Made by a program: the position numbers and the translations under genes. From contig MU058844.1 in assembly GCA_013265495.1 (NCBI GenBank), positions 10,810,184-10,874,183 on the forward strand: a stretch of DNA of 64,000 bases, read 5' to 3'. Within the stretch, counting starts at the first letter, position 1; the number at the start of each line of letters is the position of its first letter. The notes under the pieces were generated by a model. The model saw only the letters and a program-made list of their open reading frames with translations. It was not told the DNA's origin and did no database searches. Below, piece after piece: positions 37,074-50,410 of the stretch. Source of the DNA: Vicugna vicugna (lineage: Eukaryota).

Positions 37074-39694
37074 ATGGTACAAAGAAGACAGCTTCCTCCA
37101 CGTCGAGGGGGCACTTAAGTATCTACGTCATGAATTGATGCTTGTATATTTTGGGAATCACAAAGAAATTTTAGATGTTAAATAGTAGACGAATAATATT
37201 ATTTAAGCATTTACTTTAAATAAGTTACACATTACGGGAGAAAAAAGCACAGAGAATTTCTGCTGACTACTCTTTGTTGACAAGCTTTGCCAGAGCCCCT
37301 GGGAAAACTTGGAGAGAGCTCCTGGGCTTTTAAGTGGAGGGTCAGAGAGAAAGGCTGACATCAAGAGCCACGCAGGATGCTCCCTCCAGGGCTTGCGGTG
37401 CCTGTCCCCAAATATTGCCACCCACCCTACCTCAGTTCGTCACTGCAGTCAAATCCCTTACGTCACTTGCTTACTTGGGCTGACAATTGTGCGTGTGTAG
37501 GGGGTGAGGGAGCAGAGAGAACTCCCTCTCTCTGGTGGGCTGGTGTGAGTACTGCGATCTGGTTCCCCTTTCCTTAGATGTTCCCCTGTGCCAGCCGCAT
37601 GGATGCATTCTGATCCAGAGCAAAGTGGGGTTAAGGGATTTGAAGCCGAAACCACTTTAAAGAAAAGGCAGCTGGAGAATGTCAGATGAGAAGCAGAATT
37701 TTATCACGAGAAAAGGCAAAGGTAGAAAGAGGTGCGGCGGTGTGGAAAGCCAGCTTTGCTGATTTTTCAGATTTGGGGCAGGGTCGAATGAGTGTCAGGA
37801 GAAATGGAGAAACACTTGGCTCCTGCCTCCCACCCCCTCACTCATCATCCTGTCCCCAGTCCCAGTGCGGGAAATAACGTGGTTCGGCAACAGACTGTGT
37901 GTTTTCATGGGTCTGTTTGTGCAACCACTCTGGGTGAATATGCACCTTGTGTAATAGAAAACATCTTAAAATGAATTTCATTACATAGCTTTCACAGGTT
38001 GAGAACTGCCTGCATTTTCTCCATTTTTTTTTTACGCTGACTCAGTAACAAATTTGGCTTTGCCGTTTGTAAAATATATTGACAATTATTCAAATCTTTT
38101 CATAATTGGAAACAATGAACATATGAATACTTACACAAATATGCAAACCCATCTTTTCTAGAATTACGTTAATAGGCATCATCCAGGTAAATAAAAAAAA
38201 TCTTGCATTCTAGAATACAGTAGTATTATAAATGCTATCACATATAAAATGCTTTAAGACATAGCTAGGGGGCCATGATGAAAAACTTCCCTAAAATAAG
38301 AAAAAGGTATTTTAAAGTACAAAAGAGAAGAAAAATTCAAGGCTAAATAATGTTCAAATATTATATACCTAATAAAAAATAAATAACTTCCCTGGCGATG
38401 TTAAAGCAAATGTGTCAGTGCTACATGCCAACAGACAATGGAGAAGCAAAAACCCTGAGCAACTGGCAAAACTGCTAAGAATTATTTCTTACATTTCAGA
38501 CTGTTGAAAATTCATATAATACCATGTTGGGGGGTCACTGAGCGAGCAAACCAATGCATTTTGAGCATTTGTTTAGGGACTTTATGTCCTCAGGCTGAAA
38601 CATTTTGTACCACATTATCAACACTGGCATTGCCAGGATTCTTTTTGAAAATGGAAAAATAAAAACAATAGTGGGGTTAAGCAATTCGTCTTAACCATGA
38701 GAACAGGAGACATAAATTGCACAAATGTACAATGGAGCATATGTTGAACCAGATTTTTCATATTTCAGGATAGGAAAGAAATAAAAAAAATTGTAGCCTA
38801 TGTCAGGATTAAATTTCAAGGAAAAGAGGAAAAAGATATTTAGCATAAACAGGACTTGACTTGACATGAAAAGGGAGAGTGGTGGTGGTATTTATATTCC
38901 ATGTCAGTATTAGGAAGGGATTTTTAGGATATTTGCAAAACAATGACTTGAACAGTAAAGCAAAGTGAAATGATAGATAAAAAAATCTATTAACAGAAAA
39001 TAACTGAAGTACTAAAATGAGGAGAAACTCAATTCCTTACTATAGGCGGAAAAGCAGCAAAATAAGAAATTTTCTTATCTAAGATTTACTAGATGAAAGA
39101 GGAGTTTTGTGATTTCAGTTTCAGGTATTGCATATAACATTTTTATTTAACCTTTTTCAAAGGAGAGTGTATCTTTTTGCTGTGCAGTGGCATAACTCGC
39201 TCTTTACAATGATGCATGGAATAACGTATGTTGTGTATAATTTACTTCTGGAATCTGCTCAGCCTGCAGTTTGGATAGGTTTATTGTCTCTGGAGAAAAG
39301 GACCCCATTTGTGACTCCAAAGGCAGGCATTTCATGGTAGGCTAGAAATCCTCTTTGGTACCCTAGACATCATGATACATACTGATTCAGCTTACTTGTA
39401 GAACCATGAAGACTGTCAAAATGTCCCTAGTCTTATTTTTGACCTCTCAGAAAGGGAGTCATGCTATTGCCCTGGTCTAATTTCGGCAGCATTTGCTTTA
39501 AGAAGGGAGAGGGCTCGGGGCGGACTGTTACTGTATCAAAACCAAACTTCATCCTGCATTCAGCATTTCTAGCCAGCCTTCACTTCTCTTTTTCCTTCAT
39601 ACTTTCCTTCCTCTTTATTCCTTGCAGACTTCTCTGTGTTCTCTAATTTTAAAAGAATGCCCTTTTAATATCACAAAGGAGATACCTTTAATAG

Positions 39695-40098
39695 CTAAGG
39701 TCATTCTAAGTGAAGTAAGCCAGAAAGAGAAAGAAAAACACCATATGATTATCACTTAAATGTGGAATCTAAAAAAAGACAAACTTATTTACAAAACAGA
39801 AACAGACTCACAGACATAGAAAACAAACTTATGGTTACCAGTGGAGGAAGGGGGTGGGAAAGGATAAATTGGGAGTTCAAGATTTGTAGGTACTAACTAA
39901 TATAAATATAAAATCAACACGTTTCTTCTATATAGCACAGGGAACTATACTCAATATCTTTTGGTAACCTATAATGAAAAAGCATATGAAAAGGAATACA
40001 TGTATGTTCATGTATGACTGAAGCATTATGCTGTACACTGGAAATTGATACAACATGGTAAACTGACTATACTTAAATTTAAAAAAAACATGGAAAAA
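39695..40098 (+). mobile_element. L1 end of ORF2 plus 3' UTR (cetartiodactyl type)
   Basis: 'tcattctaagtgaagtaagccagaaagagaaagaaaaacaccatatg...acaaaacagaaacagactcacagacatagaaaacaaacttatggttacca...tatagcacagggaactatactcaatatc' plus A tail. Confidence 0.93.
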
Positions 40099-40620
40099 AA
40101 CACTAATGTAACAACAAAATTACTATTTCCTGAACTTACCCTATTAACTCCTATAATGAACACTTAATAAACATGTATTGGAATTCTAATGTGAAACCTA
40201 TAAAATAGGACTTATTATCTTCATTTTAATACATTAAAGACAGTCTCACTAACTTTAGAACTTCACATGATATCTTTAAAACCATATTGCTGGTTTTAAA
40301 GCATTTCCCCTTATTGTCTTTTGTAATGATACATTATATCTCGGAGACGTGAAAGACGGTAAAGTTTTCAGAACAAAATGAAGACTACTTCTGCTGGGAG
40401 TATCCAAATCAAAGACTCATGTTTCTAGAGATAAAAAGTGTTCTGAATTTTGTTGAATAATTACAACAGCTAACTTTAATGTAGTACCTGCAATCCTGAG
40501 GTCTCCTAAATTGCCTGAAATCCCACAGCTAATAAACGGTAGAGTTGAGATCTGAACACAGAGAGTGAGTTTCAAGAGCCAACTACGATGCTACAGTACG
40601 ATTACAGAAGGCTCCTTTTT

Positions 40621-40918
40621 ACCCCGTTTATTTATTTATTTTTAAATTATTCTTCTTATTTTTTTACTGAAGTGTAGTTGATTTACAATGTTAGTTTCAG
40701 GTGTACAGCAAAGGGATTCAGTTATATATATATATATTTGCAGATTCTTTTCCATTACAGCTCATTACAAGAAACAATATAGTTCCCTGTGCTATACTGT
40801 AAGTCCTTGCTGTTTATCTGTTTTATACATAGTAATATGTATCTATTAATCCGAAACTCCTAATCTCTCTCTCTCCCTTCTCTTTCCCCCACTGGTAACC
40901 ACAGCTTGTTTTGTATGT
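40621..40918 (-). mobile_element. L1 3' UTR with TSD
   Basis: 'actgaagtgtagttgatttacaatgttagtttcaggtgtacagcaaa...ctggtaaccacagcttgtttt'; TSD agaaggctccttttt (40606-40620) / agaagactccttctt (40919-40933). Confidence 0.92.
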
Positions 40919-41174
40919 AGAAGACTCCTTCTTCAGCATTCTAGGAGATGCCCCAAGTCATGAAATGTGGTTTAGCTTTGCTTTATCATGAATAATAACA
41001 ATTGTGGGAAACCCATCTTACCCAATGTCCCAAAGAAAGCCACAGAATTCTCAATCACTTGGTAAATGAAGACATGAAATGATTCTGAGCACGGTTATTC
41101 AGATGAGTATCTTAGATTACCGTTAAGTGTAAGTATTATTCTCTTTATAAAACAGACACTGCAATATTTGTAAT

Positions 41175-41295
41175 TAATTACAAGCTACTTGATGGCAGAG
41201 GCTGTGCTTTGTTCACTCCTATATTTCCAACACCTGAGACAATGTATACAGTAGGTACTCACTAGCAACTTTAAAGAATAACGAATAAATGAAGG
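41175..41295 (+). mobile_element. L2 3' tail
   Basis: 'aagctacttgatggcagaggctgtgctttgttcactcctatatttccaacacct...cagtaggtactca'. Confidence 0.8.
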
Positions 41296-41779
41296 AAAAC
41301 ATTTCCCAAGTTATAACAAGGATTTTAAAGGGAATAAGCCCAGATAATGTCATAAGCATAAAAATCTAAGAAGCGTATACTGTAAGCATCCATTTTATTG
41401 TTACTTAATTTGCAAACAAGATGCAGACTAAATATAGTTCTTTTTGTTCAGGTGACCTTTTATACTTAGGGCTATCATTCCTTTCAGTTTTGGTTCTACT
41501 TTTTCTAACTAAAGATAGCTGTCTTTAAACCATGGTAGGAGAATTTAATTATTAATGTTAGCATCTGAAGGACAAATAGGCGGGATGCAGTCTAATGTTC
41601 ATTGATAAAAGTGGTGTTATTTGTACATCAAATATTCCTCATAGACAAATGACACAAAAAGCGATATATTCTTTCCTTCCACCTCCTCCCACCGTGTCAT
41701 CATTCACACAGGAAAATGAAATACACTTTGCTTTGACCAGTTAAGTGTTTATCCCTTTTCCAGTTACCACTCTCAGATA

Positions 41780-41960
41780 ATCAGAACGGAATTCAAATGT
41801 TCACTCTGCTGCTTACTAAATTAGGCTAACTTTATGTGGCTCTCAGTTCTTATTTTCATCATCTATAAAACTCAAAATAACATAGGAAGAGTTCTTTTGA
41901 TAATCAAATGAAATTTAATTGTATAATAAGTGGAACATCTAACACAAACTAAGAGCCCAA
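41780..41960 (+). mobile_element. MIR
   Basis: 'ttcaaatgttcactctgctgcttacta...tctcagtt...catctataaaa'. Confidence 0.6.
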
Positions 41961-44482
41961 TAAACATTCCCTTTCCTTTCCTAAATCTCTTCCTTTTGTA
42001 TAAGAACTCTTTAGGTCTCTGTATGAGAAAGACACTGATCCAGGAGTAAGGATAAATTGTAAATTCAAGGAAAAAGCAATTTTTTTTCCCCTCAATGGTC
42101 ATTATTGTCCGTAACAGATGTCAGTGAATAATTTTGCTTTCATCAGCAACAGACTATTGTCAAATGATATTATTGGGTTCCCAAAATAGTAAATGCAAAT
42201 TTTCATACAAAAGGAATTTTTTTTTGTAACAGTGTAAAGTTTTATGCAATAATGTAATATGCAACATTTATAATCAGGCCTCTTTGCAGCAATCCCCATA
42301 CATCTAATTAGATCTCAGAGAGTCTTGGGAAGTAGACTGGGTAGATTTATTTATTTTTTCATTATCCAGATTAAAAAATAGAGAATCAAGGAGGTAATTG
42401 CTTAACTGTCGCTGACGGTAGATTATGTGTGTGTATTATTATCCAGTAGTAATCTAGCTGTGTGATCCTGAGTGTCATCACTTCCCCCAGGGCTTTCCAC
42501 TATGCGAGGGGGAGCTGGATGAAGTCAAGATTCGAACTCCGATTTTCTAATTTCCCCCTCTGTCTACATATAATCCTTTCCACTGTGAATGTCATCCTAA
42601 TGAGCTACATCAAAGTAAAATTTTAGGCAGGTAGAGAGTAAACAGTTATTTATATAAAATTTCATTAGAGTTTTGGTTGAAGGAAGTGTAAATTTTGAGA
42701 AGAGGCTCCTTGAACCAATCTGAGACCCTCAGTTTCTACATAAGTGCTTTCTGTTAATAGGACACACAGGAAAAAATAGTGGGTGGTTAACAAAGCCAGA
42801 AATTTTTCTTGATTCTGTTATTAGATACAAGAGCTTGGATAAATGATTTGTCTTCCCTGTCCCTCTATAAATGAGGATTTTAGGGGAGGTGATATCTATT
42901 TGGCCTAATATCTTATTTTACAGACAATTTTTTTCCTAGCTCTGTGCTATTAGATATTACACGCACACGTCTATACGTTCTGATTATAAAGACTTATTAC
43001 TTCACATAAAGAGTGGTTTGACTAGTTGAAATTTGTGAGGGGCAGTTACAAATAATGTCTGTTCTTTTGAATCACAAGCTCTTTCCCAGTTAGGACCTTT
43101 CTTACTAAAAACTTCTTACTTTATTTGGTGTGCCAGGGAAGCAAGACTGTCAACAGTAGTCATGCGATGAGTGAGAACACGAACTCCCAGTGGTATTTAA
43201 AAAGGTTTAGCAAATCTAGGATAATGTGCCTAGTTTCCAAGAAGCATGCCTGAGCATATGATTTTTTTTTAATGCATCCCCTTTGTAATTATTTTTTTTC
43301 CAGTCTGTTTACAGTCAGTAAAGAGCTAACTGACCCATGGAGTTCTTGAAAGTACCACTAAGTGTTCAGCAGTTGAGAGGAAAATTATTAATATAAAATT
43401 CAATCTCTAATGGCCCTCTTTCCTTATTTCTCCTTTCTTTCTTAAGCGCAAAATGTTTTTGTGAAATATAAGTGCATTGGGCTCTAAAGATCTCTATTAA
43501 TATTTTAATCAATTACCAAATCACTCTTAAGCTATGGACTTTGAAGTAAAATTATAAGAGGTTTGTGTGGCTTTCCTCTGTTAGACGTCTTTCATTTGTA
43601 AGATTTGATTCAAACAGGAATTATAAGGGTTCATTTATTAGCCATGGGCTTATAATACAATTGTATATTCTATACATGAAGACAAGAAAAACAGTCACTG
43701 TAGAATCCAATGTCTTCACCATATATCATGCTTTATTCCATGTACTGACTCGCTAATGAATGAACTCTTTAGAGAGTAAGATATGTATTAAGACGCATTT
43801 TGACTACACCATTTTAATTCAGAGCACTTCTCATAAATATTTTATAAAGTAAAAAAAAAAACTATACCTTTTTATTATTCAGGCTCAAATTGAGTCATTT
43901 TTTTCCTTACAGTTACTTATGAGTCCTTTAGCATGTAGTTGTTAAATAAAAGGCAATTAAAACCTGAAAGGAAAAACTGACCCAAACTAAAATTTCTTTC
44001 TTGGAAACCTGTAGAGTGGTTTTTTTTTTTAAGAGTATTACAAGTAAGCAGATCTCATCACTTAAATCAATTCACACCAAAGTATGCTATAAACCCTATT
44101 TCAATAAAATTATGAAAATTACAATTCAAATTAAATAACTTCTATAAGACACACTGGATAAACAGACCAAGTAAGTTACAGATAAGTCAGATCAGATAAA
44201 AAGCCACTGACGGATTTCCACAATAAAATTATGATAAAATGACTAAGAAGCTGTGAGAAGCTAGGGTAGATACTATCTGGCTCTTACATAAAGACCTTAA
44301 AACAAGTATGTATGCTTCTGTCATTTAAAACTTCAACCTCTTCCCCAATGAGTAATGTACAGTAATGTACAGAATTGAAATAATTATGCTTAAAAACTGG
44401 AAATATATATCAATACAACAAAACAAAATTTCAAGAGAGCCTCGACTTCTGTGGGACGACTGCCAGGTGTTGCTATGTTTTG

Positions 44483-44673
44483 GCTGAGTGACTCAGCTGA
44501 CACTTTGGTCAGTAAGATGTTGGGGGAGGTGGGGGAGACGTCATAAAGAAACTGCTAATTTGAGTGAATTGCAAGATATGAAAATTAAATGTGCAATTTT
44601 TTTTTACGTGATAGTACAACCTGATTCTTAAATTAGACTACTTATACCGAGAACGTGTTTGTAAACACGTTCT
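44483..44673. promoter_or_regulatory. Candidate enhancer motif cluster
   Basis: AP-1/ARE-like TGACTCAGC (44489-44497), CRE-like AGACGTCA (44536-44543), TACGTG (44605-44610) and a palindrome containing forkhead GTAAACA (44650-44673); motif evidence only. Confidence 0.35.
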
Positions 44674-46544
44674 GCCACCTCAAATGAGCAGTTCACATAT
44701 TTGGAGTTGATTGTTTAAACTGAGAAACAGTTTTTGAAAGTTCTGAAGTTTGAAAGTCTATAGCCATCCATAAATAACTACAGCAAAAAGTGATGTGAGG
44801 TGTTTTGTGTAAAGTGAGGCATCACAGGGATAAAATACTTCTCTCTCCCTGTTCCTCTCACACTTCAAAAAGGAAGAAACTAGATTTAAGACAAATTACA
44901 TTATGCCATCATCATCCTGATTAGATTTAATCATTTAGAATTAAGATATGATTCATGCACTAAAGTCTTTTAGGTGCTAGAAAATTTGATTACATAAGTG
45001 TAATTTGTATATATCCTAGAAAAGTTATTTAGGAATTTCTTTTTTATATCACATGTACATCCTTTCTATTAAACTTTATTTTGATATATATTGAGATAGA
45101 GATCTATCATTTTGTTAATTCACTACATTTTACATTAAGGCATCTTTGACATTTCAGAGAAGTACATTTGCAAACTTGTTTCAGAAGGATCATGGTATTA
45201 AAAGTGATGTAACATGGGTCAGACAGAGTGGATTTTGCTTTTCTGTATTTATTTGATTATTTTTTGATATTCACCTATTCAGAATTTCTACATCTAGGAA
45301 ATCACTATGTTACTAATTCTACCAGAAAGAATGAGATCAAGAAAACACTTAATTCTGTTTCACAGAAACATATTTAGGAAAGCAATTAGCACTGTCAAAT
45401 AATGGCCATGTAAGGAAATACAGGTCATAATTAAGTTGTGAGTAGGTTGGAAGGAAATCTCCTAATGAGATTAAGCTGTAAGTTTTAAAGCCTGCAGATG
45501 GTTGTCATGTTAAAATAATTCTAATTTAATGACTATAAACAAATCAAGCATACCGATTCTGCATAAAATTTTGTTCAACGTGAAAAAAATTTGTATCACA
45601 TACAGAGAATGCAAGGTGATTTGATTAAATTTTACTTACTGCTTTTTTTCTTCAATAGAATTTAAAATGATATGATGCTAGGAAAAAATGATGAAATCAA
45701 CATAAACATTTCCTGCCACATACATGTATCACAAGGATTACCCCTGGTCTCCTATCCAAGAGGATTATAGGATAAAGGATTTGCAGTGAAATGAAATTGA
45801 GTTTCAGAGGGCTTCACTTGCTTAGTATGTTAGTTTCTTATCTTAGAAAGTAGAAAGGTGAATATTTCTATTAAAAATATTTGTACGGTCTTCCTAGTTT
45901 ATAGAAACTCAAGTATAATTGTTGTCTCATTTAAAGTACTTACTGTTCTGTAGGAATTCTGGGGCAGTCTTCGTTTCCTTTCCTTCAGATTTTTTTTTTT
46001 CTAAAAGGAAAAAAACAGCATACACAGTGGTTAGGCGACTACACATAGTTCACAATTATTTCAGATTACCGTGACTATAACTGATTCATTTTATTACTTA
46101 ATATTTCTACTTAAAAATCTTCATAGATACATCAAAATACAATACAATATCATATGTATATTTAGTCAATACAGTGTAGAATGGATAGGGATTTTAAAGT
46201 TGAACATCCAGAGATCAAAGTTCTGTGAGCAGTTTATACACTGATTTTATGAAAGTTAATTATGCTCCCTACACTATAGTTTTTCAATTTGAACACTGAA
46301 ATACTACTAAATTAGGCAGACATTGTTAGAGAATATTTTATTATTAAATTAATCAAAAGGAATGATACAATTATTAGTAAATGCCTGCTACTATCTTGAG
46401 TATGCATATGATTATTATAAATTAAACTTATACGTATCATGCTACTTTTGAATTTTATTTTCACTGAAGTTAGGAGTACTTCGATATATTACATGTATTT
46501 GCCTATTTTCAGAGCCAGATCAAGATCCAGACATAAGCTAAGAG

Positions 46545-46656
46545 TGTACATATACATATATACATACACACACACACACATATATATAATGTGTATATAT
46601 ATATATATATATACACATACACAGACACATGGACATATACAAAACACACACACATA
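46545..46656. repeat. Compound (TA)n/(CA)n microsatellite
   Basis: Seen directly in sequence. Confidence 0.92.
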
Positions 46657-47809
46657 ACCCCATGGGGCGTAAGGAGAAAAATAATCTCACATCATTGTTG
46701 ATAAAAGTGCAACTTTCAGCTGAGAGAGTAAGAAAATTAAATCCTTCCCAAGAGTCAATACCAGGAATCGCTTTAATGTAACAAAGATACCAAGAGTTTC
46801 TGATTTGGTTTGACAAGTTAGCAACTCACAAACGAAAAAATTTCACGGTGCTAGAGACAAATACTTTTTTGTATGAATTCTCATCAGTTCTAGTCCTCAA
46901 AAAACTGTAAGTAGAAGGAAAACCAAAGAAGAACGAAATACTTAAAAATAGATTGATAATAGGCATATGACTCTGTTTTAAGAATTCTCACAGTGTCTGT
47001 TTTCTGCAGAACTGCAAAAATCTTCGCATGCCACCAGCTCCGGCCACTGGCTTACATAGGTACTCAGCGGAAAAGATCTGAAGTGACAGCAGTATTTCCA
47101 AAGCTGCACTTGTGGCATCTGTTCAGTGGTTAAGACTCCAAGGTCTCCTTTCATAGTATTCCTGCTCGCAATGCAACTGTTTTCTAGTAAAATCCATTGC
47201 AAAGAGCCAAGTAAAAATGCACTTAGATTTGCCTGTCTGCCTCTTAAAATATGCCTCTGATCCAGAATCAATTTTAGCTAAGGTTTCTATATATAGTTTC
47301 AGGATACTGACACTTTCCCTCTTAAAACAAAAGCTACGACCGAATTCTGGATGCACTTACTGAGATAACAGAGTGGCATAATGCTCTTTACGAGAAATAT
47401 GGAAAAACAAAATCCTGTTAGAGAAAGTGAAGGCTTTCTACTAAAAAACTAAGAGAACACTTGACATTGTATGAATTGTATGTTATTACTCACCAAGGGG
47501 CAGGCTTCCCAAAGGGAGGCAGTGAAAGGATTAAACTGTTTGTGTGACTTATGAGCGATCTGCAGGGATTTGATTTCATTTCGGTTTTGCATGCACATCT
47601 ATCACAAGGATGAAGGGGCAGGCCTGTCTTCTGTAGGGAACAAACAACTGTTTTATTTTTCATCTACGCGCTGCACGTGGATGTGCGCAGTATTTTCCTG
47701 GTGGCTAATTTCTGTCTCTTGCATGTATAACCATCTCTATGTTAAGGGAAAAAAGTGAAAACAGCACAAGATAATGACCTTTGCACCGTCCATTGTCTAT
47801 CTGGTTTTT

Positions 47810-47823
47810 CAGTCACGTGACTG
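47810..47823. promoter_or_regulatory. Perfect palindromic E-box (CLEAR/USF/MiT-TFE type)
   Basis: CAGTCACGTGACTG; a second CACGTG at 47674-47679. Confidence 0.35.
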
Positions 47824-48774
47824 CTGTTGGTAGGGCTGGTATCGAGCCTTGATACTTTTATGCATTTTTCTAGTACTTTAAAAAAAAAAAACCATGAACC
47901 TGTATAGGTAGGTTTATTTATTTTTCACAAAATATTATATGTGGTCACAGTCAGTAAAACTGATGACTTGTTCATGTTCTTTCTATCTAGTTTTAGAAGC
48001 AGGCCTGACATGGAGAAAAAAGAAAATTATCTGCAACTTAGGGATTACTATTGCTCAACAGGGACTGGAAATCATACTGCTGAAAACTTGCAGCCCTCAT
48101 CAGAGTTCTGCTGGCAGAATTGAGCAAAACACAGCATGCTTTAGACATTGTAAATACTACAGATCGTGTTTCTCGTTTTTTGGAGGGGAGGGAACTATTT
48201 GTATTCATTTTAACACTGGACATTTTAAAATGCACAGCTTTTTTTTTGAGGGACTTACTAGTTTCAAGAATGACAGATAACTAGTATTTACATCCAAACT
48301 TTTAAAACTATCTCCAGTATTTCATTTGGATGAAAATATTGATTTTAATGGAGCTTTTACTAACAGCACTGAGTTAAATATTTCTTTGGGGTTGGATTTT
48401 AAGTTTACACTGAATCCTTGCAACATGGCTGCTTGTAAACACTATCCCTTTAGTCCGAGGTAGGCTGGAGTGGTGACAGAATATTGTTTCTGAGTTTTAA
48501 ATTCCAAGACTGCAAAAGATTGATAAGCTCAGAATTCTCTTTCTTGTACTGTCTCCTACTAAAATGCCAAAACTCGAGGTCAGACCATGGTTTCCAAGTT
48601 GATGGGTCATTTTCTCAGCACAGATAATGCTATTCCTAAGGGATTTCATTAGACATCTTTTGGCTTAAATTCTTATTCTTAGAGCAGTAGTCTGCAGAAA
48701 TTACTTTAAAAAAGAGACACTATCCAGGTCATCACTGACTGAATGCAAGCTTTTAAACAGAAAAGTAAAGCACC

Positions 48775-49230
48775 ACATGACAACTAAATGGATCACAGGA
48801 TTCTAGGTTAGATCCTGGACCAATGGGAAAAAATAATTAGCTATTAAGAACATTATTGTGACAGTGGATGAAATTTGAATATGGACCATGAATTAGATAA
48901 TGGTATTATATCAACGGTAAACTGCCTGTGTTTGATACTTGTTCTGTATAATGGAAGAGAATGCCCTATTCTCAGGAAATATACTGAAATAGATGCTAAA
49001 GTGTTTAGGATCAACACGGTCTCCAACCTATGCTCAAGTGGTTCAAACATACATGAAGTGTGTACACACACACATACAATATATATACTATATATGCATA
49101 TCATTTTTATGAGAGAGACAGAAAGAGAAGCAGATGTATAGGATAATATGTAAATAATTGGTTAATCTAGGCCAAGGGCTTATGAGAACCTTCTGTCTTG
49201 TTCTTCTGTTTGAAATAGCAAACAAGCATT
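48775..49230 (+). mobile_element. L1MC/L1MD-type 3' end
   Basis: 'acatgacaactaaatg...gatcctggac...aaatttgaatatggac...attagataatggtattatatcaacggtaaa...ctcaggaaatatactgaa'. Confidence 0.85.
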
Positions 49231-50254
49231 TCCAAAACAGAAACTCTAAAACTATCCTTTTTTTAAAAAAAAATAACATAAAATGCCATTTTTCAAAGTC
49301 TCTCTCTGCAAAATTCATATTTTGTTCATTAAGCACAAAATTGTTTCAATCTGTCTATAACTATGACAGATAATAATGTGTATCTGTAAAACTACTGGAG
49401 ATTATTAGGTGATAAGAGAAAAATATTCCATCAAGTAACAGAAGTGAAAAAAAAAACACATCTTCTGTAACTAAATGTAATCACTACAGGCACTTGTGAG
49501 GTTATCAGTATGAACAGTATAGAAGGCAGTAACGCAGAATATAGACTTTCCTTAAAAGGAAGGTAGAAAGCCAAAAAGACAGTACCTCCTAATTAGGGCA
49601 AAGAACACTTCTGTCTCTCTGTGTCTGACCACTGACACCCACTTGAGAGGCTGAAGTCTAAGAAGCCTGTCCTCATTACAACAGATGCAAATGTTTACCA
49701 ACAAAGATTGAAAAGGGGGGGGTCCGTGGGGGGTTAAGGGTTTACTCATGGTTTCTGATGTGACATTTTCTTGTGCAAGTCAAAACACACTATGTAACAT
49801 TTGTTGGCAGTCTGAGTTAGGACAAAGCACATACTGGGTTCAGCCATGTTTAACATTTTCATTACACTCAAAATGATGATTGTAGAATGGGGGCCTGATA
49901 ATGAGGCAGAACAGAATAGCACTCAGTCAGGAGACAGCCAGTCTGTACCTTCAAAAGGAGGCTGGGAATTAATTAAACGAAAAGCTTGGGAGAGTTAATT
50001 GGGATGGAGTGAAGATTAGGACACTATCAATGCATGAAGAAATAAAACTAATCTTTTAAAAAAAGGTAGAGCAGAAAGCCACAGTGAGTGCAGCGAAGGG
50101 AGGAGAACCCGGAAGAAATGTGAGCAACAAGAGCAGAACTGAGCCCTAGGGGAGCCTCTGTGAGCCATCAGCTCCTGGAATAGTGCCCATCATACAAATA
50201 AACGTTTGTTGAATGAATAATACTGCATGTAGACAAAAGTAAAATGAAGTGTCC

Positions 50255-50410
50255 TGTAATCCTAAGACAGTCTACCTCTGTCTTACCTAATGTGGGCCCT
50301 TAGGCAAATCACTTCATCTATTTTGACCTCAATTTTACCAGCTGTGAAATGAGACAGTGAAAAGAGGTGATTCTCTCTAAGGTGCCTTCCACTTCTAAAT
50401 TTCTCTGTAT
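50255..50410 (+). mobile_element. MIR3-like fragment
   Basis: 'ccttaggcaaatcacttc...gacctcaattttaccagctgtgaaatgag...tctctaaggtgccttccacttctaaatttct'. Confidence 0.8.

Noticed and set aside
39482..39491. ttcggcagca, like U6 snRNA 5' region
   Set aside because: 10-nt match only; chance
46978..47356. Overlapping minus-strand ORFs as a possible coding terminal exon
   Set aside because: Weak acceptor and no recognisable peptide in any frame; cannot be supported without homology search
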